Of a stretch of 64,000 nt of DNA, positions 40,600 through 54,614 are shown piece after piece. Numbering within the stretch: the stretch's first letter is position 1; each line of letters starts with the position of its first letter. The DNA is taken from assembly GCA_934486825.1 (NCBI GenBank), contig CAKSQF010000001.1, positions 34,905-98,904 on the forward strand, in the 5' to 3' direction. The notes under the pieces were generated by a model. The model searched no databases. It was not told the origin of the DNA and saw only the letters and a program-made list of their open reading frames with translations. The position numbers were made by a program, and so were the translations under genes. This stretch comes from an uncultured Eubacteriales bacterium (GTDB lineage Bacteria > Bacillota > Clostridia > Oscillospirales > CAG-272).

Positions 40600-41943
40600 G
40601 TGAAACTTGATAAACAGACTGTAAGGAAAATCGTTTTTCTGATCGTTTTCGCGGTATTTGTCATATTTGCCGTTGTCCGCATAGATGATGTCATAAAATG
40701 CCTGCGTATCGTTCTGAACGCACTTTCTCCGTTCATAATGGGCGGATGCATAGCCTTTGTCATGAACCTGCTGATGCGACCGCTTGAAACGCTGTGGATA
40801 AGACTGTGGAAAAAGCATGAAGCGGCAGGAAAGAGGAGCGCACGTCCCGTCTGCCTCGTCGTAAGCTCGCTTATCGTTTTCGGCGCGGTAATTGCGGTGT
40901 TTTTCATTGTCATTCCGGAAATAGCGAGAACGACCGGCAGTATCATAGATATGCTTCCGCAGTATTTCGACAATCTGAAAAAATGGTGGAAAAGCCTTTC
41001 GGAAACGCTTGCGGGTTATTCGATCGTGCTTCCCGAAATCGATTTCGGTCAGAGTGAACTTGCGGGAAAGCTTGCCGGAATAATTTCGCAGGGCGGGCAG
41101 GCGATTCTTGATAAGACGGTAAATATAACAAAGGGACTTTTTACCGCTGTATTCAATCTTACGATCGGATTTGTTTTCTCAATATATATACTTGCGGGTA
41201 AGGAGAAGCTTGCGAGGCAGATGAGAAAACTGGTAGCCGCAATTCTTCCCGAGGATCGTGCGAAACGGTTCTTTGAAGAGGTCAAACGTGTAAACGTCAC
41301 TTTTTCGAATTTTGTTGCGGGTCAGCTTATCGAAGCCGTAATAATAGGCGTGCTTTGCTTTGTCGGTATGCTGATATTCAAAATGCCGTATGCATCGGTA
41401 GTGTCGGTGCTTGTAGCCGTTACCGCGCTTATTCCGGTGTTCGGTGCGTTCATAGGTACGGCAGTCGGAGCTTTTCTTATTCTTGTGGTAAGCCCTGTCA
41501 AAGCAATATGGTTTGTGATATTCATAATAGTGCTTCAGCAGATTGAGGGCAATGTCATATACCCCCATGTTGCGGGCAGAGCTGTCGGACTTCCGGGAAT
41601 ATGGGTGCTTGTCGCGGTTACTCTCGGTGGCAGTCTGTTCGGGATTGCAGGTATGCTTGTGAGCGTGCCTGTCAGTTCGCTCTGTTATTTTGCGCTCTGC
41701 GAATTTGTCAACAAAAGACTTGAAGAGAAGAACTGCGCCGATGATGAGTTTATAAACGGCGGATGTAAAACCGCCGAAAAAAGTCAGCAGAGCGAAAAGA
41801 ACGAACAGACCGAAAAGGTACGTCGCAAGACGCCTTTTGCGGATTTTGTAAACAGGATTATTGTATTGCTTTTCCGGCGTGGGAAGAAAAAAGACAATAG
41901 CCGGGAAATAAAAACCGATGATGACGACAAAAATAACCGATGA
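40600..41943 (+). CDS. AI-2E family transporter (PerM-like permease) with a basic/acidic C-terminal tail
   Basis: About eight TM segments, with the conserved QQIEGNVIYP..AGRAVGL.. motif. The GTG at 40600 lies 9 nt after GGAGG. Confidence 0.75.
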   Translation: MKLDKQTVRKIVFLIVFAVFVIFAVVRIDDVIKCLRIVLNALSPFIMGGCIAFVMNLLMRPLETLWIRLWKKHEAAGKRSARPVCLVVSSLIVFGAVIAVFFIVIPEIARTTGSIIDMLPQYFDNLKKWWKSLSETLAGYSIVLPEIDFGQSELAGKLAGIISQGGQAILDKTVNITKGLFTAVFNLTIGFVFSIYILAGKEKLARQMRKLVAAILPEDRAKRFFEEVKRVNVTFSNFVAGQLIEAVIIGVLCFVGMLIFKMPYASVVSVLVAVTALIPVFGAFIGTAVGAFLILVVSPVKAIWFVIFIIVLQQIEGNVIYPHVAGRAVGLPGIWVLVAVTLGGSLFGIAGMLVSVPVSSLCYFALCEFVNKRLEEKNCADDEFINGGCKTAEKSQQSEKNEQTEKVRRKTPFADFVNRIIVLLFRRGKKKDNSREIKTDDDDKNNR

Positions 41944-41976
41944 GAAATAAACGATCGGTGAAGGGAGAGAAACCGG

Positions 41977-43947
41977 ATGGATAAATTCGAGCTTGTGAGT
42001 AATTACAGACCGACAGGCGACCAGCCGCAGGCGATCGATCTGCTGTGTGCGGGGATCGAAGCCGGGATGCACGAGCAGACACTTCTCGGTGTCACCGGAT
42101 CGGGAAAGACCTATACAATGGCAAACGTGATAGCGAGGATGAACCGCCCGACGTTGGTGCTCGCACATAATAAAACGCTTGCTGCGCAGCTTTGCTCTGA
42201 GTTCCGTGAACTTTTTCCTCATAATGCGGTCGAGTATTTCGTCTCCTATTATGATTATTATCAGCCCGAAGCCTATATTCCCGGCAAGGATCAGTATATC
42301 GAAAAGGACAGTGCAATAAATGACGAGATAGACCGCTTGCGCCATTCCGCGACATCGTCGCTGATAGAAAGACGGGATGTAATAATTGTTGCAAGTGTTT
42401 CGTGTATTTATTCTCTCGGTGACCCGAATGCCTACAAGGATGAGATTATATCGGTGCGCGTCGGATCACAGCTTACACGTGAGGAGCTTGTCTCAAGACT
42501 TGTGGCAATGAACTACGAAAGAAACGATATAAGCCTGACAAGAGACAAATTCAGAGTGCGCGGCGACGTGATCGAGGTAATGCCGGCGTCACACGACAAA
42601 AAGGCGATAAGGATAGAACTGTTCGGAGATGAGGTTGACCGCATAACCGAGGTCAATACCGTTACCGGCGAAGTAACGAGAAGCATATCATATGTTGCGA
42701 TCTTTCCCGCGACCCACTATGTAATGTCGCAGGACAAAAAAGAGGAGGCGTTGAAGCAGATCGAAGACGAAATGATCGAGCGTGCCGGATTTTTCAGATC
42801 GCAGAACAAGTTCATTGAGGCTCAGCGGATAACCGAGCGGACAAAATACGATTTGGAAATGATCCGTGAGGTCGGCTACTGCTCGGGCGTAGAGAACTAT
42901 TCGCGTGTGTTCTCGGGAAGAGAGCCGGGTTCGACTCCGTATACACTGCTTGACTATTTTCCGAAGGATTTTATAACATTTATCGATGAGAGCCATGTTA
43001 CTCTGCCGCAGGTCAGAGGAATGAGCGGAGGCGATCTGGCAAGAAAAAAGTCGCTTGTCGATTACGGCTTCCGTCTGCCGTCGGCATATGATAACCGCCC
43101 GCTTTTCTTTGATGAATTCGAGGAAAAACTCGGTCAGACCGTCTATGTGTCGGCAACTCCGTCCGATTATGAAAAGAGCAGATCGGGTCAGATCGTCGAA
43201 CAGCTTATACGACCTACCGGACTGCTTGATCCCGAGGTTGAGGTGCGTCCCGTGGACGGTCAGATCGACGATCTCATAGGAGAGATCCGTCTGAGGATCG
43301 CAAGATCGCAACGCGTGCTTGTTACGACGCTTACCAAGAAAATGGCGGAGGATCTCACCGAATATCTTGAAATGCAGCTTCTGCGTGTAAAATATATCCA
43401 CCATAACGTCGATACCATCGAGCGCAGTGAAATAATACGGGATCTTCGTCTCGGTGTTTTCGATGTGCTTGTGGGTGTAAACCTGCTGCGCGAGGGACTG
43501 GATATACCCGAGGTGTCGCTCGTTGCGATACTTGATGCAGATAAGGAAGGCTTTCTGCGGGGTGAGCGCGCACTGATTCAGACAATAGGACGCGCCGCGC
43601 GTAATGCAGAGGGAAAGGTCATAATGTATGCCGATAAAATGACGGATTCGATGAAGGCGGCAATTGATGAGACCCGCCGCCGAAGACAGATACAGGACGC
43701 ATACAATAAAGCAAATAATATAGAACCGAAAACGATAGTAAAGCCGGTGCGCGAGCTGCTTGATCTCGGTAAAAAGGAAAAAGGCTCCGAAAGGACGAAA
43801 GGTAAGCGCGGACCGTCGCCGACGGTTGTTTCTTACTCAATACCCGAGCTTGAACGGCAGATGCTTGCAGCCGCCGAACGCCTTGATTTCGAAAAGGCGG
43901 CAGAGCTTCGCGACCGGATACGGATACTTGAATCCGAAAAAAGCTGA
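41977..43947 (+). CDS. uvrB: Excinuclease ABC subunit B
   Basis: Carries [24 protein letters not shown] and a C-terminal UVR domain ending [11 protein letters not shown]. Confidence 0.97.
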   Translation: MDKFELVSNYRPTGDQPQAIDLLCAGIEAGMHEQTLLGVTGSGKTYTMANVIARMNRPTLVLAHNKTLAAQLCSEFRELFPHNAVEYFVSYYDYYQPEAYIPGKDQYIEKDSAINDEIDRLRHSATSSLIERRDVIIVASVSCIYSLGDPNAYKDEIISVRVGSQLTREELVSRLVAMNYERNDISLTRDKFRVRGDVIEVMPASHDKKAIRIELFGDEVDRITEVNTVTGEVTRSISYVAIFPATHYVMSQDKKEEALKQIEDEMIERAGFFRSQNKFIEAQRITERTKYDLEMIREVGYCSGVENYSRVFSGREPGSTPYTLLDYFPKDFITFIDESHVTLPQVRGMSGGDLARKKSLVDYGFRLPSAYDNRPLFFDEFEEKLGQTVYVSATPSDYEKSRSGQIVEQLIRPTGLLDPEVEVRPVDGQIDDLIGEIRLRIARSQRVLVTTLTKKMAEDLTEYLEMQLLRVKYIHHNVDTIERSEIIRDLRLGVFDVLVGVNLLREGLDIPEVSLVAILDADKEGFLRGERALIQTIGRAARNAEGKVIMYADKMTDSMKAAIDETRRRRQIQDAYNKANNIEPKTIVKPVRELLDLGKKEKGSERTKGKRGPSPTVVSYSIPELERQMLAAAERLDFEKAAELRDRIRILESEKS

Positions 43948-43976
43948 AACCGACTGAAAGGAAGGTGAACGTCGGT

Positions 43977-44756
43977 ATGACCGATAAGCGCGTATGTGAC
44001 AGCCCGATAGGTGTGCTTGATTCCGGAATGGGCGGAATAAGTACGCTGAAGACGCTCGTTGCCGAGCTCCCTCACGAAAATTTCATATATTACGGCGATG
44101 ATAAGAACGCACCCTACGGACTGAAAACCGTCGGAGAGGTCAGGATGCTTGCCGAAAACGCGGTTATGTTTCTGCTTGAACGCGGGGCTAAGGCGATCGT
44201 CATTGCATGTAATACCGCGACGGGCGCCGCGGCAACTTATCTGCGTGAAAAATATGCGGACATCCCGATAATCGGTGCCGAACCGGCGATAAAGCCCGCC
44301 GTGAGCTATCGTCACCGATCGAGGATACTTGTAATGGCAACCCCTCTTACACTTTCCACCGAAAGGTTCAGAAGGCTTGCGGATTCGGTAAAAGGGGATT
44401 GCGATATAATCAGTCTGCCGTGTCCCGGACTTGTGGAGCTTGTTGAAGCGGGAAAAACCGAGGGGGACGAGGTTGATAAGACCCTTCACGGTCTGCTTGA
44501 CCGATATGTGGGCAGGATAGATTCGATCGTGCTCGGATGTACGCATTATCCTTTTCTGAGTAAGGCAATTTCGGCAATCGTCGGGGAAAACGTGCCGCTT
44601 TTTGACGGAAACCGCGGCATAGCCGCCGAAACGCACCGCAGACTTGAGGCAGGGCATATTCTCTCCGGTCGCAGAGAAAACGGAAGTGTGTTGTTCGAAA
44701 CAAGCGCGGGTGATGCCGATACGCCGCGTATCGCCCGTACACTGCTCGGTACATAA
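43977..44756 (+). CDS. murI: Glutamate racemase
   Basis: Carries [18 protein letters not shown] and LGCTHYP catalytic Cys motifs. Confidence 0.92.
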   Translation: MTDKRVCDSPIGVLDSGMGGISTLKTLVAELPHENFIYYGDDKNAPYGLKTVGEVRMLAENAVMFLLERGAKAIVIACNTATGAAATYLREKYADIPIIGAEPAIKPAVSYRHRSRILVMATPLTLSTERFRRLADSVKGDCDIISLPCPGLVELVEAGKTEGDEVDKTLHGLLDRYVGRIDSIVLGCTHYPFLSKAISAIVGENVPLFDGNRGIAAETHRRLEAGHILSGRRENGSVLFETSAGDADTPRIARTLLGT

Positions 44757-44784
44757 AAGAAAAAATATTGAAAGAAGTTTTTTT

Positions 44785-47637
44785 GTGAATAAGTCAATTG
44801 TTATAAAGGGTGCAAGAGTCAATAACCTTAAAAATATTTCGCTGGAGATTCCGAGGGATAAGCTTGTGATATTTACCGGTCTGTCCGGATCGGGAAAATC
44901 GTCGCTCGCGTTCGATACCATCTATGCCGAGGGGCATCGGAGATTTGTCGAATCGCTTTCGTCTTACGCGCGCATGTTCATCGGACAGATGGACAAGCCG
45001 GATGTCGATTTTATCGAGGGACTGTCCCCCTGTATATCAATAGATCAGAAAACAACGTCGAAAAATCCGCGTTCAACGGTCGGAACGGTCACCGAAATAT
45101 ATGACTATCTGCGACTGCTGTATGCGAGAGTCGGTGTTCCGCATTGCCCTGTCTGCGGTAAAGAAATACGCAGAACGACGGTCGATCAGGTCATAGATAA
45201 GATTATGGCACTGCCGGACGGAAGCCGTTTTATGATCCTTTCTCCGGTCGTGCGTGATAAAAAGGGCATGCATCAGAAGGTATTTGAGGATGCAAAAAAA
45301 TCGGGATTTGTACGTGCACGCGTTGACGGGTCGCTTTATGATCTTTTGGAAAATATTGCTCTTGACAAAAATCTCAAACATTCGGTTGATATCGTCGTTG
45401 ACAGACTTGTGTTGCGCGACGGAGTGCGTTCGCGACTTGCGGATTCGGTAGAGACGGCGTTCCGTCAGAGCGACGGACTTCTGACCGTGGTTGTGCTCGG
45501 GGAAAAGGAGGAAGAGCTTCATTTTTCGCTCAACTATGCCTGCGATGAGCATAAGATTGCTTTTGCGGAAATGGAACCGAGAATGTTTTCCTTCAATAAC
45601 CCGCTCGGAGCCTGCCCGGAGTGTGCGGGACTCGGTGAAATGCCGAGACTGTCGCCCGATAAAATGATACCGAATAAAAATCTTTCTCTGCGTCAGGGAG
45701 CAATTATGGTCAACGGCTTCAAGTCGCTTGATGACGGAACCTGGAACGGTCCGCTTTTTGAAGCTGTCGGCAAAAATCACGGCTTTACCCTTGATACCCC
45801 TATTTATAAATACTCACCCGAGGCGTACCATGTGCTTCTTTACGGCGATAAAGAAAACACATATACCGTCAAACGCTATTTCGATAACCGCGTGTCAAAT
45901 CAGACGGTCACGTTTGACGGGGTTGTCGGCATGATACAGGCGCGTATGAAGCAGTGGGGCGGTGACTATTACGAAGAGTTTGTGGAGGACATAGTCTGCC
46001 CGAAATGCCATGGCGCAAGACTCAATCCGGAAATGCTGTCGGTAACGGTCGGCGGGAAGAATATATATGAGTTCTGTTCGATGCCGATCTCAAACGAGCT
46101 TGATTTTGTGAACAGCCTTACGTTTTCCGAAAGCGAAGCGTTGATTGCAAAGGAAATAATCAAGGAAATAAAGGCGCGGCTCGGATTTCTTTGTTCTGTC
46201 GGACTTGATTATCTTACCCTCGCAAGAAAAACGGGAAGTCTTTCGGGCGGAGAGGCTCAGCGGATAAGACTTGCCACCCAGATAGGCTCGTCGCTTATGG
46301 GTGTCGTGTATATCCTTGACGAACCTTCCATCGGACTGCATCAGAGAGACAATTCCAAGCTGATAAGAACCCTTAAAAGTCTGCGTGATGTCGGAAATAC
46401 GGTTATCGTGGTAGAGCATGACGAGGAAACTATGGAAGAATCCGATTATATCGTGGATATCGGTCCGGGTGCGGGCATACACGGCGGAGAGGTTGTTGCC
46501 GCCGGAACACCCGCACAGATAAAGAAAAACCCGGCGTCGCTTACCGGCGCATATCTGTCCGGAAGGATGCGTATACCGGTACCTGCAATCCGGAGACCGG
46601 GTAACGGAATGCACCTCACAGTCGTCGGTGCAAGAGAGCATAACCTGAAAAATATAACTGTGGAAATTCCGCTCGGTATGATCGTCTGCGTTACCGGAGT
46701 GTCGGGAAGCGGAAAATCATCGCTTATAAACGGAATACTTCTGAATACACTTGCAAGAGATCTGAACGGCGCATATGCGACCCCCGGGGATCACGACCGC
46801 ATAGACGGTATCCGTCAGCTTGATAAGGTGATAGCAATAGATCAGTCGCCGATAGGCAGAACGCCGAGATCGAACCCCGCAACATACACGGGTCTTTTCA
46901 ATGATATACGCGAGCTTTTCGCACAGACACCGGACGCAAAGGCAAAAGGCTATTCAAGCGGACGTTTCTCGTTCAATGTAAAGGGCGGACGCTGTGAGGC
47001 GTGTCAGGGAGACGGGGTGAAATGTATAGAGATGAATTTTCTGCCCGATGTTTATGTGACCTGCGATGTATGCAAGGGCAAGAGATACAACCACGATACG
47101 CTTGAGGTAAAATATAAAGGAAAGTCAATATTCGATGTGCTTGATATGACGGTTGAGGAGGGAATGTACTTCTTCGAATCGCTTCCGAAGCTCTACCGCA
47201 GACTCAAAACGCTTTATGATGTCGGACTCGGCTATATAAAGATCGGACAGTCTTCAACGACGCTTTCGGGAGGAGAAGCACAGAGAGTCAAACTTGCGAC
47301 CGAGCTGTCGAAGAGAAGTACCGGTAAGACAATGTATATCCTTGATGAGCCTACCACGGGACTTCATACCGCCGATGTCCGTAACCTTATCGGAGTGCTT
47401 GACCGACTTGCGGATGCGGGAAACAGCATTGTTGTGATCGAGCATAACCTTGATATGATAAAAACAGCCGACTATATCATAGATCTCGGCCCCGAGGGCG
47501 GCGACGGAGGCGGAACGGTTGTCACGACAGGCACTCCCGAACAGGTTGCCGCCTGTGAAAAATCATATACCGGTCAGTATCTGAAACGGATACTCGAAAG
47601 AGACGGTACCGGTGCCGAAAACGATCAAAAAAGTTAA
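44785..47637 (+). CDS. uvrA: Excinuclease ABC subunit A
   Basis: (V)[44 protein letters not shown] is the canonical N-terminus. It has a second ABC module [10 protein letters not shown], zinc-finger Cys clusters and LSGGEAQR twice. The tracked upstream extension overlaps murI. Confidence 0.96.
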   Translation: MNKSIVIKGARVNNLKNISLEIPRDKLVIFTGLSGSGKSSLAFDTIYAEGHRRFVESLSSYARMFIGQMDKPDVDFIEGLSPCISIDQKTTSKNPRSTVGTVTEIYDYLRLLYARVGVPHCPVCGKEIRRTTVDQVIDKIMALPDGSRFMILSPVVRDKKGMHQKVFEDAKKSGFVRARVDGSLYDLLENIALDKNLKHSVDIVVDRLVLRDGVRSRLADSVETAFRQSDGLLTVVVLGEKEEELHFSLNYACDEHKIAFAEMEPRMFSFNNPLGACPECAGLGEMPRLSPDKMIPNKNLSLRQGAIMVNGFKSLDDGTWNGPLFEAVGKNHGFTLDTPIYKYSPEAYHVLLYGDKENTYTVKRYFDNRVSNQTVTFDGVVGMIQARMKQWGGDYYEEFVEDIVCPKCHGARLNPEMLSVTVGGKNIYEFCSMPISNELDFVNSLTFSESEALIAKEIIKEIKARLGFLCSVGLDYLTLARKTGSLSGGEAQRIRLATQIGSSLMGVVYILDEPSIGLHQRDNSKLIRTLKSLRDVGNTVIVVEHDEETMEESDYIVDIGPGAGIHGGEVVAAGTPAQIKKNPASLTGAYLSGRMRIPVPAIRRPGNGMHLTVVGAREHNLKNITVEIPLGMIVCVTGVSGSGKSSLINGILLNTLARDLNGAYATPGDHDRIDGIRQLDKVIAIDQSPIGRTPRSNPATYTGLFNDIRELFAQTPDAKAKGYSSGRFSFNVKGGRCEACQGDGVKCIEMNFLPDVYVTCDVCKGKRYNHDTLEVKYKGKSIFDVLDMTVEEGMYFFESLPKLYRRLKTLYDVGLGYIKIGQSSTTLSGGEAQRVKLATELSKRSTGKTMYILDEPTTGLHTADVRNLIGVLDRLADAGNSIVVIEHNLDMIKTADYIIDLGPEGGDGGGTVVTTGTPEQVAACEKSYTGQYLKRILERDGTGAENDQKS

Positions 47638-47761
47638 CCCGTTGTGACTTTTTTGAAACATATCCGCTATTTCTCTTGAAATAACGGATCGGGCATAATA
47701 TAATAAGCTTACACTGATTTCCGTGTCCGATAACAGCGGACATGAGTTAACGGAGGATCAC

Positions 47762-48748
47762 ATGACCGACAGAACAAAGTCGCCTCATAACGGTTTTGCC
47801 GAAAGTATTTCGGGTATAAGGCGTGAGGATATAGTCCGCAGTGCGGAGCGACCGAAAAAGAAAAAGGGTCAGATTGTTTCCGGAGCGGTGCGTATAGCGG
47901 TAATGATCCTGTGTGCGGCAGTGTTCGTTTACTGTATGTTTACGATAGTGCAGAATCTGCTCGGATATGCGGAAGCGCAGGATTATTACGATAAGCTTGC
48001 CGATATCTGGAGAGATGATACCGATTGGCTGTCCAATCCGGGCGGGGCGCTTGTTTATTCGCAAAAGGATTACTCGTCACTCGGTGAGAACGAAAACTGC
48101 GGCGAAAAGGAAAGCGGCAACTCCGCAACACTCCCGTTTGTTCCCGCCGAAAGCGATGAAATGATGCGTATACGCGCAAGGCTCGGAGCTTTGTACAGAC
48201 AGAACAGCGATCTTATCGCATGGATATCGATACCCGGAACAATAATTGATTATCCGGTCGTTCAGACAGATAATAACGACTATTATCTCAATCACAGCTT
48301 CAACCGCGATTATCTGCTCGCCGGGACGATATTTGCCGATTACCGCAATGATGCCGACCCGCTTTATAATTACAATACCGTTCTGTACGGTCACAACCTG
48401 AATCTGACCTCCGGAACGATGTTCAGTATACTCAGCAAATATTTTACAAAATCGTTTCTCGACGAGCATCCCGACGTGTATATATATACAAACAGCGGGA
48501 TATACATTTACAGAATATTCAATGTTGCAAAGGTCGCTGCATCAAGCGGCTATATACGGTCTTATTTCCCGGACGGAGCCTCTTTTGTCGAATTCGCAAA
48601 CAAAATGGCGGCAAAGTCGGTGCATAAGGATGAAAATCTGACATTCGATGAGGGCGACCGTATTCTTACACTTTCAACCTGTACGAATGCGCACATATCC
48701 TCCGAACGCTACTGTATCCAGGCAAAATTGGTTGAAATAAGACGCTGA
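47762..48748 (+). CDS. srtB: Class B sortase with an N-terminal membrane anchor
   Basis: Carries IPGTIIDYPVVQTDNNDYYLNHSF, TVLYGHN and the catalytic TLSTC. The ATG at 47762 lies 6 nt after GGAGGA. Confidence 0.78.
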   Translation: MTDRTKSPHNGFAESISGIRREDIVRSAERPKKKKGQIVSGAVRIAVMILCAAVFVYCMFTIVQNLLGYAEAQDYYDKLADIWRDDTDWLSNPGGALVYSQKDYSSLGENENCGEKESGNSATLPFVPAESDEMMRIRARLGALYRQNSDLIAWISIPGTIIDYPVVQTDNNDYYLNHSFNRDYLLAGTIFADYRNDADPLYNYNTVLYGHNLNLTSGTMFSILSKYFTKSFLDEHPDVYIYTNSGIYIYRIFNVAKVAASSGYIRSYFPDGASFVEFANKMAAKSVHKDENLTFDEGDRILTLSTCTNAHISSERYCIQAKLVEIRR

Positions 48749-48797
48749 GACCGATTATATTTATATGTTTATATGATTGAAAGGCAAGGACAATAAA

Positions 48798-49523
48798 ATG
48801 AAACTGTCGGTTATTATTCCGATGTACAATGAATCAAAGGTGATAGGCAATACGCTCGAAACACTGTATAAAACACTCGAAAGAGATTTCGGCAGCGGAG
48901 AATATGAGGTTGTTGTCGTATCGGACGGCTCAACCGATACAAGCGAGGCAATCGTTTCCGACTTTGTCACCTCCCACCCGGGCTTCCGGCTTGTCGCTTA
49001 TAAGCCGAACCGCGGTAAGGGCTATGCGGTAAGGACCGGGATGCTTGAAGCAAAAGGAGATTTTGCGGTCTTTACCGACAGCGATCTGGCTTACGGTGCC
49101 GATGTTCTCGCCGATGTCTATAACCTCCATACCGAAAAAAATGCGGACGTGGTTATCGGCTCGCGCGCGCTGAAGGGCGGCGGATACGACGGCTATACTT
49201 TCTTAAGAAAGCTGATGTCAAAGACGTATCTGAAGGTTATATCGATTGCCGCGGGATTTTCCCACAGCGATTCGCAGGCGGGACTCAAGGGATTTACCGG
49301 AGAATCCGCACGCAGGATATTCACCCATTGCGAAGTTGACAGGTTTGCGTTTGACCTTGAGGCACTGATGATCGCGGATAAGCTGAATCTCAGATTTGCC
49401 GAGCTACCCGTCAAGGTTATAAACCACGGAGAATCAAAGGTCAGCCCTGTGAAGGATGCGCTCAGTATGCTCGCGGAAGTGCGGAAAATGCGTAAAAGAA
49501 TAAAGAAGCTTGATCTTCAGTGA
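48798..49523 (+). CDS. Family 2 glycosyltransferase (polyprenyl-phosphate sugar transferase-like)
   Basis: Carries MKLSVIIPMYNES, VSDGSTD and FTDSDL (DxD). Confidence 0.78.
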   Translation: MKLSVIIPMYNESKVIGNTLETLYKTLERDFGSGEYEVVVVSDGSTDTSEAIVSDFVTSHPGFRLVAYKPNRGKGYAVRTGMLEAKGDFAVFTDSDLAYGADVLADVYNLHTEKNADVVIGSRALKGGGYDGYTFLRKLMSKTYLKVISIAAGFSHSDSQAGLKGFTGESARRIFTHCEVDRFAFDLEALMIADKLNLRFAELPVKVINHGESKVSPVKDALSMLAEVRKMRKRIKKLDLQ

Positions 49524-49527
49524 TCGC

Positions 49528-49560
49528 TTGCCCGACCGCTCGTTTTGAGCGGTCGGGCAA
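49528..49560 (+). terminator. Intrinsic terminator
   Basis: TTGCCCGACCGCTC-GTTTT-GAGCGGTCGGGCAA followed by TTCTTTT. Confidence 0.85.
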
Positions 49561-49660
49561 TTCTTTTGCTAATAGAAAGTCATATTTACAAATTGTTAAT
49601 AGTTAGTACACAAAATAAGGTATAATATCTTGCGTGTTTGTGGTAGATTATAGTCATCGA

Positions 49661-49687
49661 TTAGCACTTGAACACAAAGAGTGCTAA
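49661..49687. promoter_or_regulatory. CIRCE operator (HrcA binding site)
   Basis: TTAGCACTT-N9-GAGTGCTAA matches the consensus TTAGCACTC-N9-GAGTGCTAA. It lies directly upstream of hrcA. Confidence 0.92.
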
Positions 49688-49711
49688 AAAACAAAAGGAG
49701 AGTGAGAAAGG

Positions 49712-50827
49712 ATGGAAGAGATGCGGGAATCTCTGAGTGAGCGGAAAAAGCAGATACTTAAAGCTGTGATTGATGCACATATTTCCTGCGGCGAGCCGGT
49801 TGGTTCAAAGGCTCTTTCACAGGATAAGCATATCTCACTTTCACCGGCAACCATAAGGAATGAGCTTGCCGAGCTTACCGAGATGGGTTATCTCGCACAG
49901 CCGCATACTTCTGCGGGCAGAGTGCCGACAGAGCAGGGTTACAGATTCTACGTGGATACGCTGATGCAGGCATATGACATGACCGCGAGCGAGATACGCG
50001 GACTCAACGAAATGCTTATGGAACGGACCGCAAGGCTTGATAAGATCATCGACAGCGCAGGTCGGCTTGTTTCCGCACTGACGCATTATCCGGCGATAGC
50101 CGTCAGGAGCTTTCCCAAGAAGCAGACTGCAAAATGCATTAACCTGATGAAGATTGCCGACAACGAGCTTCTTGTCATTGTGATGATATCCGAATCGAAT
50201 ATAAAGACGAAGCATCTTGACAGCGAAATCGTACTGACAGATGAGGCGTTGCGGAAAATGCAGAATTCACTCAACGCCACGGTTGTCGGTAAACAGGCGG
50301 AGGAGCTGACGCTCGCGCAGATACTTGCGCTTGAAGAAAGCTTCGGAAGCTACAGATCGCTTGCTTCTCCGATAATAAAAAGCGTGTTCGAAACGCTTGA
50401 CGAGTCGGGAAGCGATGAGCTTCAGATCAGCGGCGTTGACAGATTTCTTGAGTACCCCGAGTTTACCGAGGTCGATAAGCTGAAGGATATGCTCGGGATG
50501 CTGTCGGATAAACAGGATTTGCTGACTCTTGTCCGTAAATCCGAGGGCAGTGATGTCAATATATATATAGGAAGCGAAAACACCGCCGATAAGAGCGGCG
50601 AATCGACTCTTGTTGTGAAGACCATCAGAGTCGGCGGAAAACCGGTCGGGGCAATCGGCGTTATAGGACCGTGCAGAATGGATTATTCAAAGGTGGTGTC
50701 TACAATGGAAACACTGTCCAACAGTATATCCGATATGATGACGGTCGGCAGACCCGCATTGCCGGATGCCGTTAAGAGAGAGCTTCCGGACGGCACCGGA
50801 AATAAAAACGGAAAAGAGGATGAGTAG
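49712..50827 (+). CDS. hrcA: Heat-inducible transcription repressor HrcA
   Basis: N-terminal wHTH LSERKKQILKAVIDAHISCGEPVGSKAL, and ATIRNELAELTEMGYLAQPHTSAGRVPT. Confidence 0.93.
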   Translation: MEEMRESLSERKKQILKAVIDAHISCGEPVGSKALSQDKHISLSPATIRNELAELTEMGYLAQPHTSAGRVPTEQGYRFYVDTLMQAYDMTASEIRGLNEMLMERTARLDKIIDSAGRLVSALTHYPAIAVRSFPKKQTAKCINLMKIADNELLVIVMISESNIKTKHLDSEIVLTDEALRKMQNSLNATVVGKQAEELTLAQILALEESFGSYRSLASPIIKSVFETLDESGSDELQISGVDRFLEYPEFTEVDKLKDMLGMLSDKQDLLTLVRKSEGSDVNIYIGSENTADKSGESTLVVKTIRVGGKPVGAIGVIGPCRMDYSKVVSTMETLSNSISDMMTVGRPALPDAVKRELPDGTGNKNGKEDE

Positions 50828-50831
50828 GTCA

Positions 50832-51410
50832 ATGGACGAGATCAAAGAAGAGAGTAAGAAAGAAGATCAGAAGCGCACGGAAGATGAGACTGCGCAAAAA
50901 GATGAAAAGAAGGATGAGCAACCGGAGAAAAAGTGCAAAAAAGAACTTGCCGAGCTGAAAAAGGAGCTTGCGGAGCTTAGAACAAAGCTTGAAAAGTCGG
51001 AAAAGCAGAACAGCGAACAGAATGATAAGTACCTGCGCGTTGTTGCGGAGTACGATAATTTCCGTAAGCGTTCGGCAAAGGAAAAGGAAGGAATATACGC
51101 GGACGCGTATACCGATGTCCTGAAGGCGATACTTCCGGTTATCGATAATCTTGAAAGAGCGGTACAGTACAGTGAAGGCGATAAGGTGGTCGAAGGCGTA
51201 AAACTTACGCTGAATCAGTTCAGCGCCGCACTTGAAAAGCTCGGAGTTGAGGTTATCCCGACCGAAAAATTCGACCCGAATGTCCATAATGCGGTAATGC
51301 ATGTGGAGGATGATTCGAAGAAGGACGGAGAGATAGTCGAGATATTCCAGAAAGGATATAAAAAAGGCGATAAAATCATACGTTATGCAATGGTAAAAGT
51401 TGCGAATTGA
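50832..51410 (+). CDS. grpE: Nucleotide exchange factor GrpE
   Basis: Lys/Glu-rich coiled coil, then YLRVVAEYDNFRKR and a C-terminal RYAMVKV. An alternative ATG at 50820 overlaps the hrcA stop. Confidence 0.92.
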   Translation: MDEIKEESKKEDQKRTEDETAQKDEKKDEQPEKKCKKELAELKKELAELRTKLEKSEKQNSEQNDKYLRVVAEYDNFRKRSAKEKEGIYADAYTDVLKAILPVIDNLERAVQYSEGDKVVEGVKLTLNQFSAALEKLGVEVIPTEKFDPNVHNAVMHVEDDSKKDGEIVEIFQKGYKKGDKIIRYAMVKVAN

Positions 51411-51465
51411 CCGTATTCCGGTTGTAAAACAGCATATAAACAAATAAAATATATTCAGTAAATAA

Positions 51466-53352
<1,887 letters not shown>

Positions 53353-53441
53353 TGCAAATGCATAACTCTGTACCGGGGAAGGGGCGGAAACGCTCCTTCC
53401 TATGGTGCGTTATTGTATCCTAAAATAAAGGAGAAACAGCA

Positions 53442-54593
53442 ATGGCTGATTCAAAAAGAGATTATTATGAGGTGCTTGGGCTTGACAAAAGCGCATCCGC
53501 CGATGATATAAAGAAGGCGTACCGCACGCTGGCAAAAAAATATCACCCGGATATGAATCCGGGGGATAAGGAAGCGGAAATCAGATTCAAGGAGGTCGGT
53601 GAAGCATATGAGGTGCTTTCCGATCCCGATAAAAAGGCAAAATACGATCAGTACGGTTTTGCGGGAGTTGATCCTAATATGGGAGCCGGCGCAGGCGGAT
53701 ACGGCGGATACAGCGGCGGATTCTCGGCAGATTTCGGCGATCTCGGTGATATTTTTTCGTCCATTTTCGGCGGAGGCATGGGAGGCTCGCCGCGCTCGTC
53801 GAGAAACGGTCCGATACAGGGCGAAACTCTTCAGGAGCAGATCACAATATCTTTTGAAGAGGCGGTTTTCGGGTGCAAGAAGGAAATAAGCTATAACAGG
53901 ATTGAAAAATGTCCGACCTGCGGCGGAAGCGGTGCGGCAAAGGGCAGTACAGTCGAAACCTGTAAGGCTTGCGGCGGAAGCGGACAGGTCCGCTTTTCAC
54001 AGCGGACGATGCTCGGTATGATGCAGTCCACAAGACCCTGCGACAGTTGTCACGGAACAGGTAAAATAATCAAGACTCCCTGTGCGTACTGTAACGGTAA
54101 AGGGTATGTAAGAATCAAAAAGACGCTTGAGATAAATATTGAACCCGGCATTGAGGACGGAACGCCGATAGCAATACGCGGATACGGTAACGACGGCAGA
54201 AACGGCGGTGCGGCGGGCGATCTCGTCGTATACGTCAGAGTAATGCCGCATAAGTTCTTCGAACGCGACGGCGACGATATCTATTTTGATTTTCCGATCT
54301 CGTTTGCCGAGGCGGCACTCGGTGCGGATGTCGATGTCCCGACTCTTGTCGAAGGTCAGACCGAAAAGTATCATATCCCCGAGGGTACGCAGACCGGCAC
54401 TACCTTCTGTATAAAAAACAGAGGCGTAAAGCATTTCAGAGGCAGAGGCTACGGTAATCTGTATTTTAAGGTTAATGTCGAAACTCCGACGGGGCTCAAT
54501 GAAACACAGAAGCAGAAGCTCCGCGAGTTCGCGGAAGCCTGCGGTCCGACAAATTCCGGTAAAAAGCGCGGTTTCATGAAGTGGAAAAAGTAA
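53442..54593 (+). CDS. dnaJ: Molecular chaperone DnaJ
   Basis: J domain YYEVLGL...[11 protein letters not shown], a G/F-rich region, and four CxxCxGxG zinc repeats. Confidence 0.97.
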   Translation: MADSKRDYYEVLGLDKSASADDIKKAYRTLAKKYHPDMNPGDKEAEIRFKEVGEAYEVLSDPDKKAKYDQYGFAGVDPNMGAGAGGYGGYSGGFSADFGDLGDIFSSIFGGGMGGSPRSSRNGPIQGETLQEQITISFEEAVFGCKKEISYNRIEKCPTCGGSGAAKGSTVETCKACGGSGQVRFSQRTMLGMMQSTRPCDSCHGTGKIIKTPCAYCNGKGYVRIKKTLEINIEPGIEDGTPIAIRGYGNDGRNGGAAGDLVVYVRVMPHKFFERDGDDIYFDFPISFAEAALGADVDVPTLVEGQTEKYHIPEGTQTGTTFCIKNRGVKHFRGRGYGNLYFKVNVETPTGLNETQKQKLREFAEACGPTNSGKKRGFMKWKK

Positions 54594-54614
54594 GGTAAAA
54601 GGAAAAACATTCGT

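Noticed and set aside
41179-42345. 388-aa minus-strand ORF spanning the AI-2E transporter and uvrB genes
   Set aside because: It crosses an intergenic region and two well-supported plus-strand genes. No motifs.
44644-44784. 47-codon upstream extension of uvrA
   Set aside because: It overlaps the murI coding sequence in another frame. The canonical UvrA N-terminus begins at the GTG at 44785.
43833-44921. 362-aa minus-strand ORF
   Set aside because: It is antisense to the uvrB end, murI and the uvrA start. This is a shadow ORF.
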